From: Clostridia bacterium
GTDB lineage: Bacteria; Bacillota; Clostridia; UBA1212; DUPL01
Reading direction: 5' to 3'
DNA length: 64,000 nucleotides
Assembly (NCBI GenBank): GCA_050951325.1
Contig: JBMNIW010000009.1
Span: 19,675-83,674, forward strand
Shown here one piece after another: positions 11,431 through 18,957 of the stretch. The notes beneath the pieces are model-generated. The model saw only the letters and a list, made by a program, of their open reading frames with translations, was not told where the DNA came from and did not search any database. The position numbers and the translations under genes were made by a program. Position 1 is the stretch's first letter. Every line of letters begins with the position of its first letter.

Positions 11431-11650
11431 CTATATCACCATTTTTCTTTTATCTAATTAGCTCATATTACCATATAGAAATAATAATGTCATTAGATTA
11501 TTAGTGCTAAGAGGGAGCATGCCCCGCAAACAACAATATAATAAACCATATGCATTTGTTATAATCAATAAGTCAAGAAATTTAGCAAAACAAAGATATT
11601 TAAAGCAAGACAGAGGAAAACAAAGATATATGACAGCATTGAGCTTTAAA

Positions 11651-11667
11651 GGTCAAATATGGTCAAA
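11651..11667 (+). promoter_or_regulatory. CtsR operator (direct heptad repeat)
   Basis: GGTCAAATATGGTCAAA exactly matches the CtsR box A/GGTCAAA-NAN-A/GGTCAAA. It lies just upstream of the putative -35 of the hsp20 promoter. Confidence 0.7.
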
Positions 11668-11675
11668 TTTTAAAC

Positions 11676-11704
11676 TTGCGTTAGTAAGAATGACCTACTA
11701 TAAT
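11676..11704 (+). promoter_or_regulatory. Sigma-A-type promoter for the hsp20 pair
   Basis: TTGCGT (11676-11681), 17 nt spacer, TATAAT (11699-11704), flanked by the two CtsR boxes. Confidence 0.5.
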
Positions 11705-11718
11705 AAAGTCAGACCAAA

Positions 11719-11735
11719 GGTCAAAGAAAGTCAAA
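11719..11735 (+). promoter_or_regulatory. Second CtsR operator
   Basis: GGTCAAAGAAAGTCAAA matches the same heptad-repeat consensus. It lies downstream of the -10, in a roadblock position. Confidence 0.65.
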
Positions 11736-11757
11736 GACAAATAGGAGGTAATAAAGA

Positions 11758-12156
11758 ATGTTAGGTTTGGAATTAATCCGTAAGAATATATTTGAAGACC
11801 CCTTCTTCTCAGACTTCTTCAGATTTGAGGAATGCGACAGTGAATTGAAGGTGGACATAGTTGACAATGAAAAAGATTATACCTTGTACGCCGACATACC
11901 TGGCGTTGACAAGAAAGATGTGGACCTTAAGATCTCCAATGATGGAGTACTCATAATTGAAGTAAATCAGAAGGAAGACAACGGCAGAAAGTTTCTTAGA
12001 AAGGAACGGACTGTCAGAAAACTGAAAAGAAGTTTTGCATTTGATGGAATCAAAACTGATGGTGTGGAAGCATCAGTGGAGAATGGAGTCTTGACTGCCA
12101 AACTTCCCAAAGTTGATATTAGCGTCAACAATGAGAGAAACATAGAAATAAAATAG
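11758..12156 (+). CDS. Hsp20/alpha-crystallin family small heat-shock protein
   Basis: 132 aa, with an AGGAGG SD 8 nt upstream. The alpha-crystallin core reads DIVDNEKDYTLYADIPGVDKKDVDLKI...GVLTAKLPK. Confidence 0.92.
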   Translation: MLGLELIRKNIFEDPFFSDFFRFEECDSELKVDIVDNEKDYTLYADIPGVDKKDVDLKISNDGVLIIEVNQKEDNGRKFLRKERTVRKLKRSFAFDGIKTDGVEASVENGVLTAKLPKVDISVNNERNIEIK

Positions 12157-12205
12157 CGAGATATAATATGAATAATAAACAAAAGATTTAAAGGAGGAAT
12201 GCATT

Positions 12206-12625
12206 ATGAGTTTGATACCTTTCAGAAACCATAGATTGACAAATTTTGAGCCATTCTTTGATTCATTTATGAAACCTTTCTTTAGCGATGGATTCTTCTC
12301 AAATGACATGAGAATCGACATCGCAGAGAATGAGAAAGAGTATGTTTTGAAAGCTGAATTGCCAGGAGTTGACCAGAAAGACATAGACATCCTCGTCAGG
12401 GACAACGTCTTGACAATATCAGCCAAGAGAAATGAGGAAAAAAACGAACAGCGCGGCAATTACATTAGAAAGGAAAGATTCTCAGGAACCGTAGCAAGAA
12501 GCTTTACCCTGGATGGCATCGACGATTCAAATATCGAAGCTTCCTTTGACAAGGGAATACTTACCCTTACACTGCCAAAACACGAAGAAAGCAATCCATC
12601 ATTTAGACGAATTGAACTTAAATAA
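12206..12625 (+). CDS. Hsp20/alpha-crystallin family small heat-shock protein (paralog)
   Basis: 139 aa, with an AAAGGAGG SD. The core reads DIAENEKEYVLKAELPGVDQKDIDILV...GILTLTLPK. It is tandem to the previous gene. Confidence 0.92.
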   Translation: MSLIPFRNHRLTNFEPFFDSFMKPFFSDGFFSNDMRIDIAENEKEYVLKAELPGVDQKDIDILVRDNVLTISAKRNEEKNEQRGNYIRKERFSGTVARSFTLDGIDDSNIEASFDKGILTLTLPKHEESNPSFRRIELK

Positions 12626-12626
12626 A

Positions 12627-12655
12627 GCGGCGGCCAGAAATGGCCGCTTCTTTAG
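12627..12655. terminator. Bidirectional rho-independent terminator
   Basis: The hairpin GCGGCCA-gaaa-TGGCCGC (12630-12647) is followed by TTCTTT. It sits between hsp20 (+) and the convergent pyrE-like gene (-). Confidence 0.7.
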
Positions 12656-13458
12656 TTATAATATCCTTTTTCAATACACAACAAAGCCCTTTGTCTTGTT
12701 CTTTCATCACTGTTTAAAGCTTTGTCAAGAAAATCAGGATTGTTTTTAATAAATCTTTTCATTGAATCATCCGGATCTTCAATGTATTCAAGAATCATAT
12801 GGTACTGTTTTTCGTCAACAAGCCTTTTCTCATATAACTCTCTCATCATATATCCATCCACACTAACAAGCGAATGAACATTTACACCCTTTTCCCTTAA
12901 CAGAGCGTTGCCGCCTTGATTTCTATTTACACAAACAACCGTGTCCGTCATCTGTATACCCATCCCTTCCAGAACAGGAATCCAGGACCTTTCATAGCTT
13001 GAACCTTCCGTAATCAAATCCGCCACATGCAGACACTTTCCCCCATTAACAGCAGGAAAGGACGTGTTATCCTTGAAAAGATAAATATGTTTCTTGTTTA
13101 ATAGAAAAGCACACATTATTGAAAAGAACCAGTCTCTTCTTTCTCCACCTGAAACATATGATATGCCATCCACATCCACATTCTTCTTAATTAAACCAAC
13201 TAGAGTATCAATGGTTTTCCTATAAACTCCATTTTCTTCATACTGCTTTTTAACCCTGTCCTCAAGCATTTTGATTAAAGATCTTCTGTCATTCTTTAAA
13301 GAATCAATATCAGTCAGTAGCTTTCCGGCACTTTCTTCGCTTCCAAACAAATAATGGGTGTTGATATAAAATGGGCCAATCTTTCCTGACGTGTACCAAA
13401 AAGGGCTGTTCCCAGACGAAACCTTAAAAGCATTCGTTTTCATCAAAAGTTCAAGCAT
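12652..13458 (-). CDS. pyrE: Orotate phosphoribosyltransferase-like protein (long form)
   Basis: It has a PRPP-binding loop (LHVADLITEGSS) and is the last gene of the pyr cluster. At 268 aa it is longer than the classical PyrE, so the assignment rests on context plus the PRT motif. Confidence 0.65.
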   Translation of the reverse strand: MLELLMKTNAFKVSSGNSPFWYTSGKIGPFYINTHYLFGSEESAGKLLTDIDSLKNDRRSLIKMLEDRVKKQYEENGVYRKTIDTLVGLIKKNVDVDGISYVSGGERRDWFFSIMCAFLLNKKHIYLFKDNTSFPAVNGGKCLHVADLITEGSSYERSWIPVLEGMGIQMTDTVVCVNRNQGGNALLREKGVNVHSLVSVDGYMMRELYEKRLVDEKQYHMILEYIEDPDDSMKRFIKNNPDFLDKALNSDERTRQRALLCIEKGYYN

Positions 13459-13472
13459 ACAAATCTCCTTCC

Positions 13473-14369
13473 TTAATTAAGCTCTAGGCAACCAACAAGC
13501 TCGCAGATATCCTTGACATTTGCCTTCTTCATGTATTCTTCAATTCCATCAATAACTTTAATGCATGCAAGAGGATCAACAAAACTAGCAGTACCGACCA
13601 TTACACAGGAAGCCCCCGCAATTATAAATTCCACTGCATCCTCTCCCGTTTCAATTCCACCCATTCCTATAACAGGAATATTGACATTCCTGTATACCTC
13701 ATGCACCATCCTTACTGCAACGGGCTTTACACAGGGACCCGACAATCCACCTGTGTTGTTGGCAAGAATAGGTCTTCTTTTGTAAATGTCAATTGCCATG
13801 CCCAAAAGAGTATTTATAAGGCTAACACCATCGGCACCGCCTGCTTCAGCGGCCTTAGCTGTGTCAACAATAGAAGTTACATTCGGGGTTAACTTTACAA
13901 ACAACGGCTTATCAAATCTATCCTTCACACTTCTTGTAAGCTTTTCGAGAAGCTGGGGATCCTGTCCAAAAACCACCCCTTCCTTGACATTGGGACAGGA
14001 TACATTTAGCTCGATTGCATCCACATCTGCCTCATTCAATATCTCCGCCATCTGCTCATAGTCTGAAAAAGAATTTCCGGCAATATTTGCAATAATTTTT
14101 GTATCATACTGTCTTAGAAAAGGTATTTCCGTCCTTACAAACTCATGTACACCCGGATTCTGAAGTCCCACACTATTAAGTATGCCTGAAGGCGTTTCGC
14201 ATATCCTGGGAGTTTTGTTCCCCATTCTAGGCTCCAGGGTAAGACCTTTTACTGAAATGCCTCCAAGACGGCCAAGATCATAATATTCTGAAAATTCCCT
14301 TCCAAATCCAAAAGTACCGGATGCGGCAATGACCGGATTTTTCAGTTCAAGTCCACCAACATTAATCAT
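13473..14369 (-). CDS. pyrD: Dihydroorotate dehydrogenase B, catalytic subunit
   Basis: I chose the start MINVGGLELKNPVIAASGTFG at 14369 because of a GAGGTG SD. Class 1B motifs are present (GNKTPRICETPSGILNSVGLQNPG, GGLSGPCVKPVA). Confidence 0.95.
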   Translation of the reverse strand: MINVGGLELKNPVIAASGTFGFGREFSEYYDLGRLGGISVKGLTLEPRMGNKTPRICETPSGILNSVGLQNPGVHEFVRTEIPFLRQYDTKIIANIAGNSFSDYEQMAEILNEADVDAIELNVSCPNVKEGVVFGQDPQLLEKLTRSVKDRFDKPLFVKLTPNVTSIVDTAKAAEAGGADGVSLINTLLGMAIDIYKRRPILANNTGGLSGPCVKPVAVRMVHEVYRNVNIPVIGMGGIETGEDAVEFIIAGASCVMVGTASFVDPLACIKVIDGIEEYMKKANVKDICELVGCLELN

Positions 14370-15123
14370 AGTACACCTCATTTGCCCACATTACAGGTCC
14401 ATCCTTGCAAACCCTCTTGTTTTGCAGAACCTTGTCCTTCTTTACTTCACATACACATACAAGACATGCGCCAATACCGCAGCCCATTCTCTCTTCCAAA
14501 GAAACCTGACAAGGAATTTCGTGTTTTTTACATATCTCATACACCTTTTTCATCATCTTCTCAGGACCGCAGGTATATACAATATCGAACCTGTGTTCCT
14601 CAAGATGCTTTTCAAGGGCAGTGGTTACAAAACCTCTTACACCATAACTTCCATCGTCACAAGCAATGACAAGATTGTCACAGAGATTCGCAAATTCATT
14701 TTCAAGCACCACCTTGTCCTTGCACAAAAAGCCCAATACCGCATCTTTTCTTAAGCTTTCACTTTTATTCAAAAGATACAGAAGTGGAAAAACTCCAATT
14801 CCTCCACCTACAACACAAATTCTGTCATATCCAATATCAAAGCCGTTTCCAAGAGGTCCCAAAACATCTATATTGTCTCCACGTTCAACCTTTGAAAGTG
14901 CCTTTGTACCTTTGCCCCTTGCCTCAAATGCAATTTTAAGAATACCATCTTTGAAGTCACATACGCTAAAGGGTCTTCTGAGATAACCATCGTCACATTT
15001 GACATGGAAAAACTGTCCCGGCTTTATTGCCTCCCTTATGTTGGATGCTTCCAGTTCCAAAAGCCATATGGTATCTGTTAGTCTTTTCAGTTCTTCAACT
15101 CTGCACAAATAATTTGTTTTCAT
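14362..15123 (-). CDS. pyrK: Dihydroorotate dehydrogenase B, electron-transfer subunit
   Basis: It has an FAD/NAD-binding ferredoxin-reductase fold (RRPFSV, GGGIGVFPL) and a C-terminal 2Fe-2S cysteine cluster (CGIGACLVCVCE). It overlaps pyrD by 8 nt. Confidence 0.93.
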   Translation of the reverse strand: MKTNYLCRVEELKRLTDTIWLLELEASNIREAIKPGQFFHVKCDDGYLRRPFSVCDFKDGILKIAFEARGKGTKALSKVERGDNIDVLGPLGNGFDIGYDRICVVGGGIGVFPLLYLLNKSESLRKDAVLGFLCKDKVVLENEFANLCDNLVIACDDGSYGVRGFVTTALEKHLEEHRFDIVYTCGPEKMMKKVYEICKKHEIPCQVSLEERMGCGIGACLVCVCEVKKDKVLQNKRVCKDGPVMWANEVYYD

Positions 15124-16037
15124 TTCTGCCTCTTTTCCAGTTCCATATTTATCTCATCCCTCATGTATACCGCCTCTGCCCTGGCAGCGTCAGCATACGC
15201 ATCTTCGTCATACGCTCCACTCCATCTGTCGGATTTGTATGCGTAAAGTATGCTTCTTGAGGCATTTACAACCGCTCCCAGGCCGTCGTCATTAAAGTTG
15301 ACTACAACACTCTTTGCATTTCCTCCCTGTGCTCCATAGCCAGGTACAAGAATAATACTGCGAGGAATAATCTTTCTTATTCTCTCCGCCTGTTCGGGAT
15401 ATGTTGCCCCCACAACAGCACCAACAGAAGAGTAACCACTGTCCCCTACCAAATCGCTGCCCCACTTGTCAACAAGCTCCGCCACCTTCTCATATATTGT
15501 CCTGCCACCTTCCACAATCAGATCCTGCAGCTCTCCAGAAGAAGGATTGGAGGTCTTCACCAGGATGAATATACCTTTGCTATTTTGTTTGCACATTTCA
15601 ACAAAAGGTTGTATGCCGTTCCAACCCAGGTATGGGTTTACGGTCAGCGCATCACAGTCAAAGGCCAGGTCCGAAGCATCACCTTTTGAAAGATAAGCTT
15701 TTGCGTAAGCCAGCGAAGTGGAACCTATGTCATTCCGCTTGCCATCTGCAATAACAAGCAGCCCCTTCTTGCGAGCATACTCAACCGTTGCCTTGAAAGC
15801 TATAAGGCCGTTAATACCATACTGCTCATAGTATGCCAGCTGTGGTTTCACACAAACAACCACGTCATGAATCGCATCTATAATTGCCTTGTTGAAAGCA
15901 AAGATTGCAGCACCTTTGCTTTTGAACCTAACTTTTACCCCTTCCGGGATACTTTCCCAAATTGGGTCTAGTCCGCATACAACATAACTCTCCTTGTTTT
16001 TTATCTCTTCAATAAGTTTGTCGGCAAAATTTTTCAT
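15120..16037 (-). CDS. pyrF: Orotidine-5'-phosphate decarboxylase (type 2, long form)
   Basis: 305 aa. Contains VCGLDP and VCVKPQLAYYE...ADGKRNDIGST. It overlaps pyrK by 4 nt. Confidence 0.93.
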   Translation of the reverse strand: MKNFADKLIEEIKNKESYVVCGLDPIWESIPEGVKVRFKSKGAAIFAFNKAIIDAIHDVVVCVKPQLAYYEQYGINGLIAFKATVEYARKKGLLVIADGKRNDIGSTSLAYAKAYLSKGDASDLAFDCDALTVNPYLGWNGIQPFVEMCKQNSKGIFILVKTSNPSSGELQDLIVEGGRTIYEKVAELVDKWGSDLVGDSGYSSVGAVVGATYPEQAERIRKIIPRSIILVPGYGAQGGNAKSVVVNFNDDGLGAVVNASRSILYAYKSDRWSGAYDEDAYADAARAEAVYMRDEINMELEKRQK

Positions 16038-16041
16038 TTCA

Positions 16042-17267
16042 TCACCCTTTAACCTTGTAGCTAGTATAAACTATTCGTCCATCCACAACAGTATACATGA
16101 CCTCTCCAAACAGTTCAAATCCACCAAAAGGAGAGTTCTTACCCTTTGACACAAACCTTCTCAGGCTCCACCACGTATTTTACGTCCGGGTCGAAGATTG
16201 TTAGATTCAAACCTTCATCCTTCGATCTTTAATATCTCAAGGGGCTTTATACTCATCTTTTCAACAAGCTCACCAAGACTCAGGTGTCCTGCCTTGACCA
16301 GATAAGTAAAAGAAAGACCAAACGCAGTTTCAAAACCCGATATGCCATTTGCAGCAAGCTGGAACTCTATCTTCTTCTCATCCTCGTGATGAGGAGCATG
16401 GTCTGTTGCAATAGCATCTATCGTACCATCCTTCAGACCTTCAATAATTGCTTTCACATCCTCTTTTTCCCTGAGAGGAGGATTGACTTTTGCATACGTG
16501 TTGAATCCATAAACTGCCTCATCAGTAAGAGTAAAATAGTGGGGGCAGGTTTCACAGGTAACCTTTACACCTCTTTTTTTGGCATCCCTTATCATATGAA
16601 CTGCAAGACGCGTGCTGACATGCGCTATGTGTACGGGCAGACCCGTATACTCCGCCAGAATGATTTCTCGTGCCACCATTGCCTCTTCAGCAGCCTTTGG
16701 TATACCTCTCAACCCCAATACCGTAGAGACAAACCCTTCATTCATGCTTCCGTCTTCCGCAAGATCCTTGTCCTCACAGTGAGAAATGACAGGCATGCCA
16801 AAACTGTGGGCGTAAATCATGGCCTTCTTCATCAATGACGAAGACATTACAGGATTGCCATCATCACTTATGGCTACCGCCCCGTGGGCTTTCATATCCC
16901 CTATTTCAGCTAGTTCCTTCCCTTCAAGATTCTTTGAAATTGCTCCAATTGGATACACCTTCACAGACTTCAGGCTTTCCGCTTTTTCTCTGATATATGA
17001 AACTACAGCTGAATTATCAATTACCGGTTTTGTGTTCGGCATGCATGCAATCTTTACAAATCCACCTTTTGCAGCTGCTTTGACACCACTTGCAATGTCT
17101 TCCTTGTACTCATAGCCCGGATCCCTTAAATGGCAGTGCATGTCCACAAGCCCGGGTATCGCCACAAGATTTTTGGCATCCACAATTTTGTCGCTGCCGT
17201 CATCAAGATGTATGTCCATTACCTTGTCTTCATTTACTGATACGTATCGTATATTCTTAAATACCAT
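16042..17267 (-). pseudogene. pyrC: Dihydroorotase, reading frame broken twice near the 3' end
   Basis: The ORF 16215-17267 (350 aa; DMHCHLRDPG, DHAPH) stops at ...LEILKIEG*. The missing C-terminus is readable in two other frames: DEGLNLTIFDPDVKYVVEPEKVCVKG* and then KNSPFGGFELFGEVMYTVVDGRIVYTSYKVKG*, ending at 16042. Removing one base at about 16218-16220 and one C from the CCC at 16142-16144 restores a single frame. Confidence 0.85.
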
Positions 17268-17278
17268 GTCACACCTCT

Positions 17279-18181
17279 TTATCTAGTAAGGATATACAAA
17301 ATTGCCATTCTAACGGCAACTCCGCTAGTTACCTGCTCCTCGATTACCGATGAATCTCCGTCAATCAGCATGGAAGTCATTTCAACTCCCCTGTTGACAG
17401 GACCAGGATGCATTATCAAGCAGTCCTTTGCTGCATATGACAAAGTTTCCTCATTCACACTAAAGAATTTGCTGTATTCACGAATCGTAGGAAAAAGACC
17501 GCTTTTCTGTCTCTCCAATTGAATTCTAAGACCCATAATCACATCTGCATCCTTGACCGCATGCTTGATATTTGGTTCGACCCTTGCGCCCATATCCTCA
17601 ATAGCCACAGGCATCATTGTGGCAGGTCCGTTCACTACCACTTCAGCACCCATCTTTGTCAATCCCCAGATGTTGCTCCTTGCAACTCTTGAATGCAAAA
17701 CGTCACCTGTAACAACCACCTTCAAACCGTGCAATGTCCCTTTGTGCCTGAGCATTGTGTACATGTCAAGCAATGCCTGGGTGGGATGTTCATTCATTCC
17801 ATCTCCGGCATTCACTATGCTGCATTTTAAATGTTTTGCCAACAAGTGGGGAGCTCCTGCCATCGGATGCCTGATAATTATTACGTCCGTTCCCATTCGT
17901 TGAATGGTCCTGCCTGTATCAAGGAGAGTTTCTCCTTTTGCAACACTGCTTGCCGATGCTGCAATGTTTGCAGATGCGCTGGATAGATATTTCGATGCCA
18001 ATTCAAAAGAAAGCCTGGTTCTTGTACTGTTTTCATAGAAAAGAGTAACTATGGATTTTCCATTCAAATGAGGTGCCTTCTTAATGTTCGAATCAAGAAT
18101 TACCTGCATGCCTCTTGCCGTTTCCAAAATGTTTTCAATCTCTTCTTTGGATGTATCTTTCAAACCTAACAAATGCTTCAT
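17279..18181 (-). CDS. pyrB: Aspartate carbamoyltransferase catalytic subunit
   Basis: Contains STRTRLSFE, HPTQALLD and HPGPVNRGVE. Confidence 0.96.
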   Translation of the reverse strand: MKHLLGLKDTSKEEIENILETARGMQVILDSNIKKAPHLNGKSIVTLFYENSTRTRLSFELASKYLSSASANIAASASSVAKGETLLDTGRTIQRMGTDVIIIRHPMAGAPHLLAKHLKCSIVNAGDGMNEHPTQALLDMYTMLRHKGTLHGLKVVVTGDVLHSRVARSNIWGLTKMGAEVVVNGPATMMPVAIEDMGARVEPNIKHAVKDADVIMGLRIQLERQKSGLFPTIREYSKFFSVNEETLSYAAKDCLIMHPGPVNRGVEMTSMLIDGDSSVIEEQVTSGVAVRMAILYILTR

Positions 18182-18183
18182 AA

Positions 18184-18717
18184 CTAACCCTCGTTTATCG
18201 TTACTTTGTCAATACTGTCAATTTCCACCACCTGCACCGAGACCAGTTCTGACTTGCTGGTAGGAATGTTCTTTCCAACATAATCAGGTCTGAAAGGAAG
18301 TTCCCTGTGACCTCTGTCTATCAAGACCGCAAGCTGTACCATCTGAGGTCTTCCCAAATCAAACAGGCACTCAATTGCCGCCCGTACCGTCCTGCCTGTG
18401 TAGATTACATCATCCACCAGGACGATTTTCTTTCCTTCAATCTGAAACCCAATATCAGTTCCATTGATTACAGGATGTGCAGCCAACAAACTAAGATCAT
18501 CCCTGTAGAATGTAATATCAAGAACGCCAAGCGGCACTTTTACATTCTCAATCTCCTCAATCTTTTGAGCTATTCTTTTTGCCAAAGGAACGCCTCTTCT
18601 CTGTATTCCAATCAGAGCAACATCCTCAACACCCTTGTTCTTCTCAACAATTTCATGGGCAATTCTGGTAAGAGCTCTGTTCATGGCGTCCTTGTCCATT
18701 ATCAATGCCTTTTCCAT
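18184..18717 (-). CDS. pyrR: Bifunctional pyr mRNA-binding attenuation protein / uracil phosphoribosyltransferase
   Basis: 177 aa, with the PRT motif [17 protein letters not shown]. It is the first gene of the pyr cluster, 2 nt upstream of pyrB. Confidence 0.95.
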   Translation of the reverse strand: MEKALIMDKDAMNRALTRIAHEIVEKNKGVEDVALIGIQRRGVPLAKRIAQKIEEIENVKVPLGVLDITFYRDDLSLLAAHPVINGTDIGFQIEGKKIVLVDDVIYTGRTVRAAIECLFDLGRPQMVQLAVLIDRGHRELPFRPDYVGKNIPTSKSELVSVQVVEIDSIDKVTINEG

Positions 18718-18741
18718 AAGTCATCCTTTCCGCAAATTTGC

Positions 18742-18780
18742 AAAAAAAATTGTTCCGTACCTGGAGAGAGGGCACGAAAC
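18742..18780 (-). terminator. pyr leader attenuator terminator
   Basis: The minus-strand RNA forms a hairpin, GUUUCGUGCC-loop-GGUACGGAAC, with 10 bp including two G-U pairs; those positions are mismatches on the plus strand. It is followed by a U8 run (plus-strand A-run 18742-18749) and lies 25 nt upstream of the pyrR start. Confidence 0.75.
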
Positions 18781-18810
18781 AATCATAATAATCCCATAAT
18801 TATGTCGTTA

Positions 18811-18831
18811 CCTTACCCGTCTCTCTGGACC
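18811..18831 (-). promoter_or_regulatory. PyrR binding loop in the pyr leader RNA
   Basis: The minus-strand sequence GGUCCAGAGAGACGGGUAAGG contains the conserved UCCAGAGAG core of PyrR binding loops. The downstream CCCUCUCUCC segment (18763-18772) can compete for pairing. Confidence 0.7.
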
Positions 18832-18850
18832 AGTTTAAAGGTACACCTAT

Positions 18851-18878
18851 ATTATATCCAATTCCTGATATTAATCAA
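18851..18878 (-). promoter_or_regulatory. Sigma-A-type promoter of the pyr operon
   Basis: On the minus strand: TTGATT (18878-18873), 16 nt spacer, TATAAT (18856-18851). Confidence 0.5.
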
Positions 18879-18957
18879 TATGTTTTTTCAAACACTACAA
18901 CCTTAACTTCTTCATCCAACTTCCATACCCATTGTTGGAAGCAACACTTATCCTTCA

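Noticed and set aside
11491-11500. TTAGTGCTAA, which resembles a CIRCE half-site.
   Set aside because: No matching inverted partner lies at 9-nt spacing, so it is not a CIRCE element. The hsp20 genes instead carry CtsR boxes.
11504-11764. 86-aa basic ORF in the GGDEF/hsp20 intergenic region.
   Set aside because: It spans the promoter, both CtsR boxes and the hsp20 SD. It is Lys/Arg/Gln-rich from A-rich DNA and has no SD. The region is better explained as regulatory DNA.
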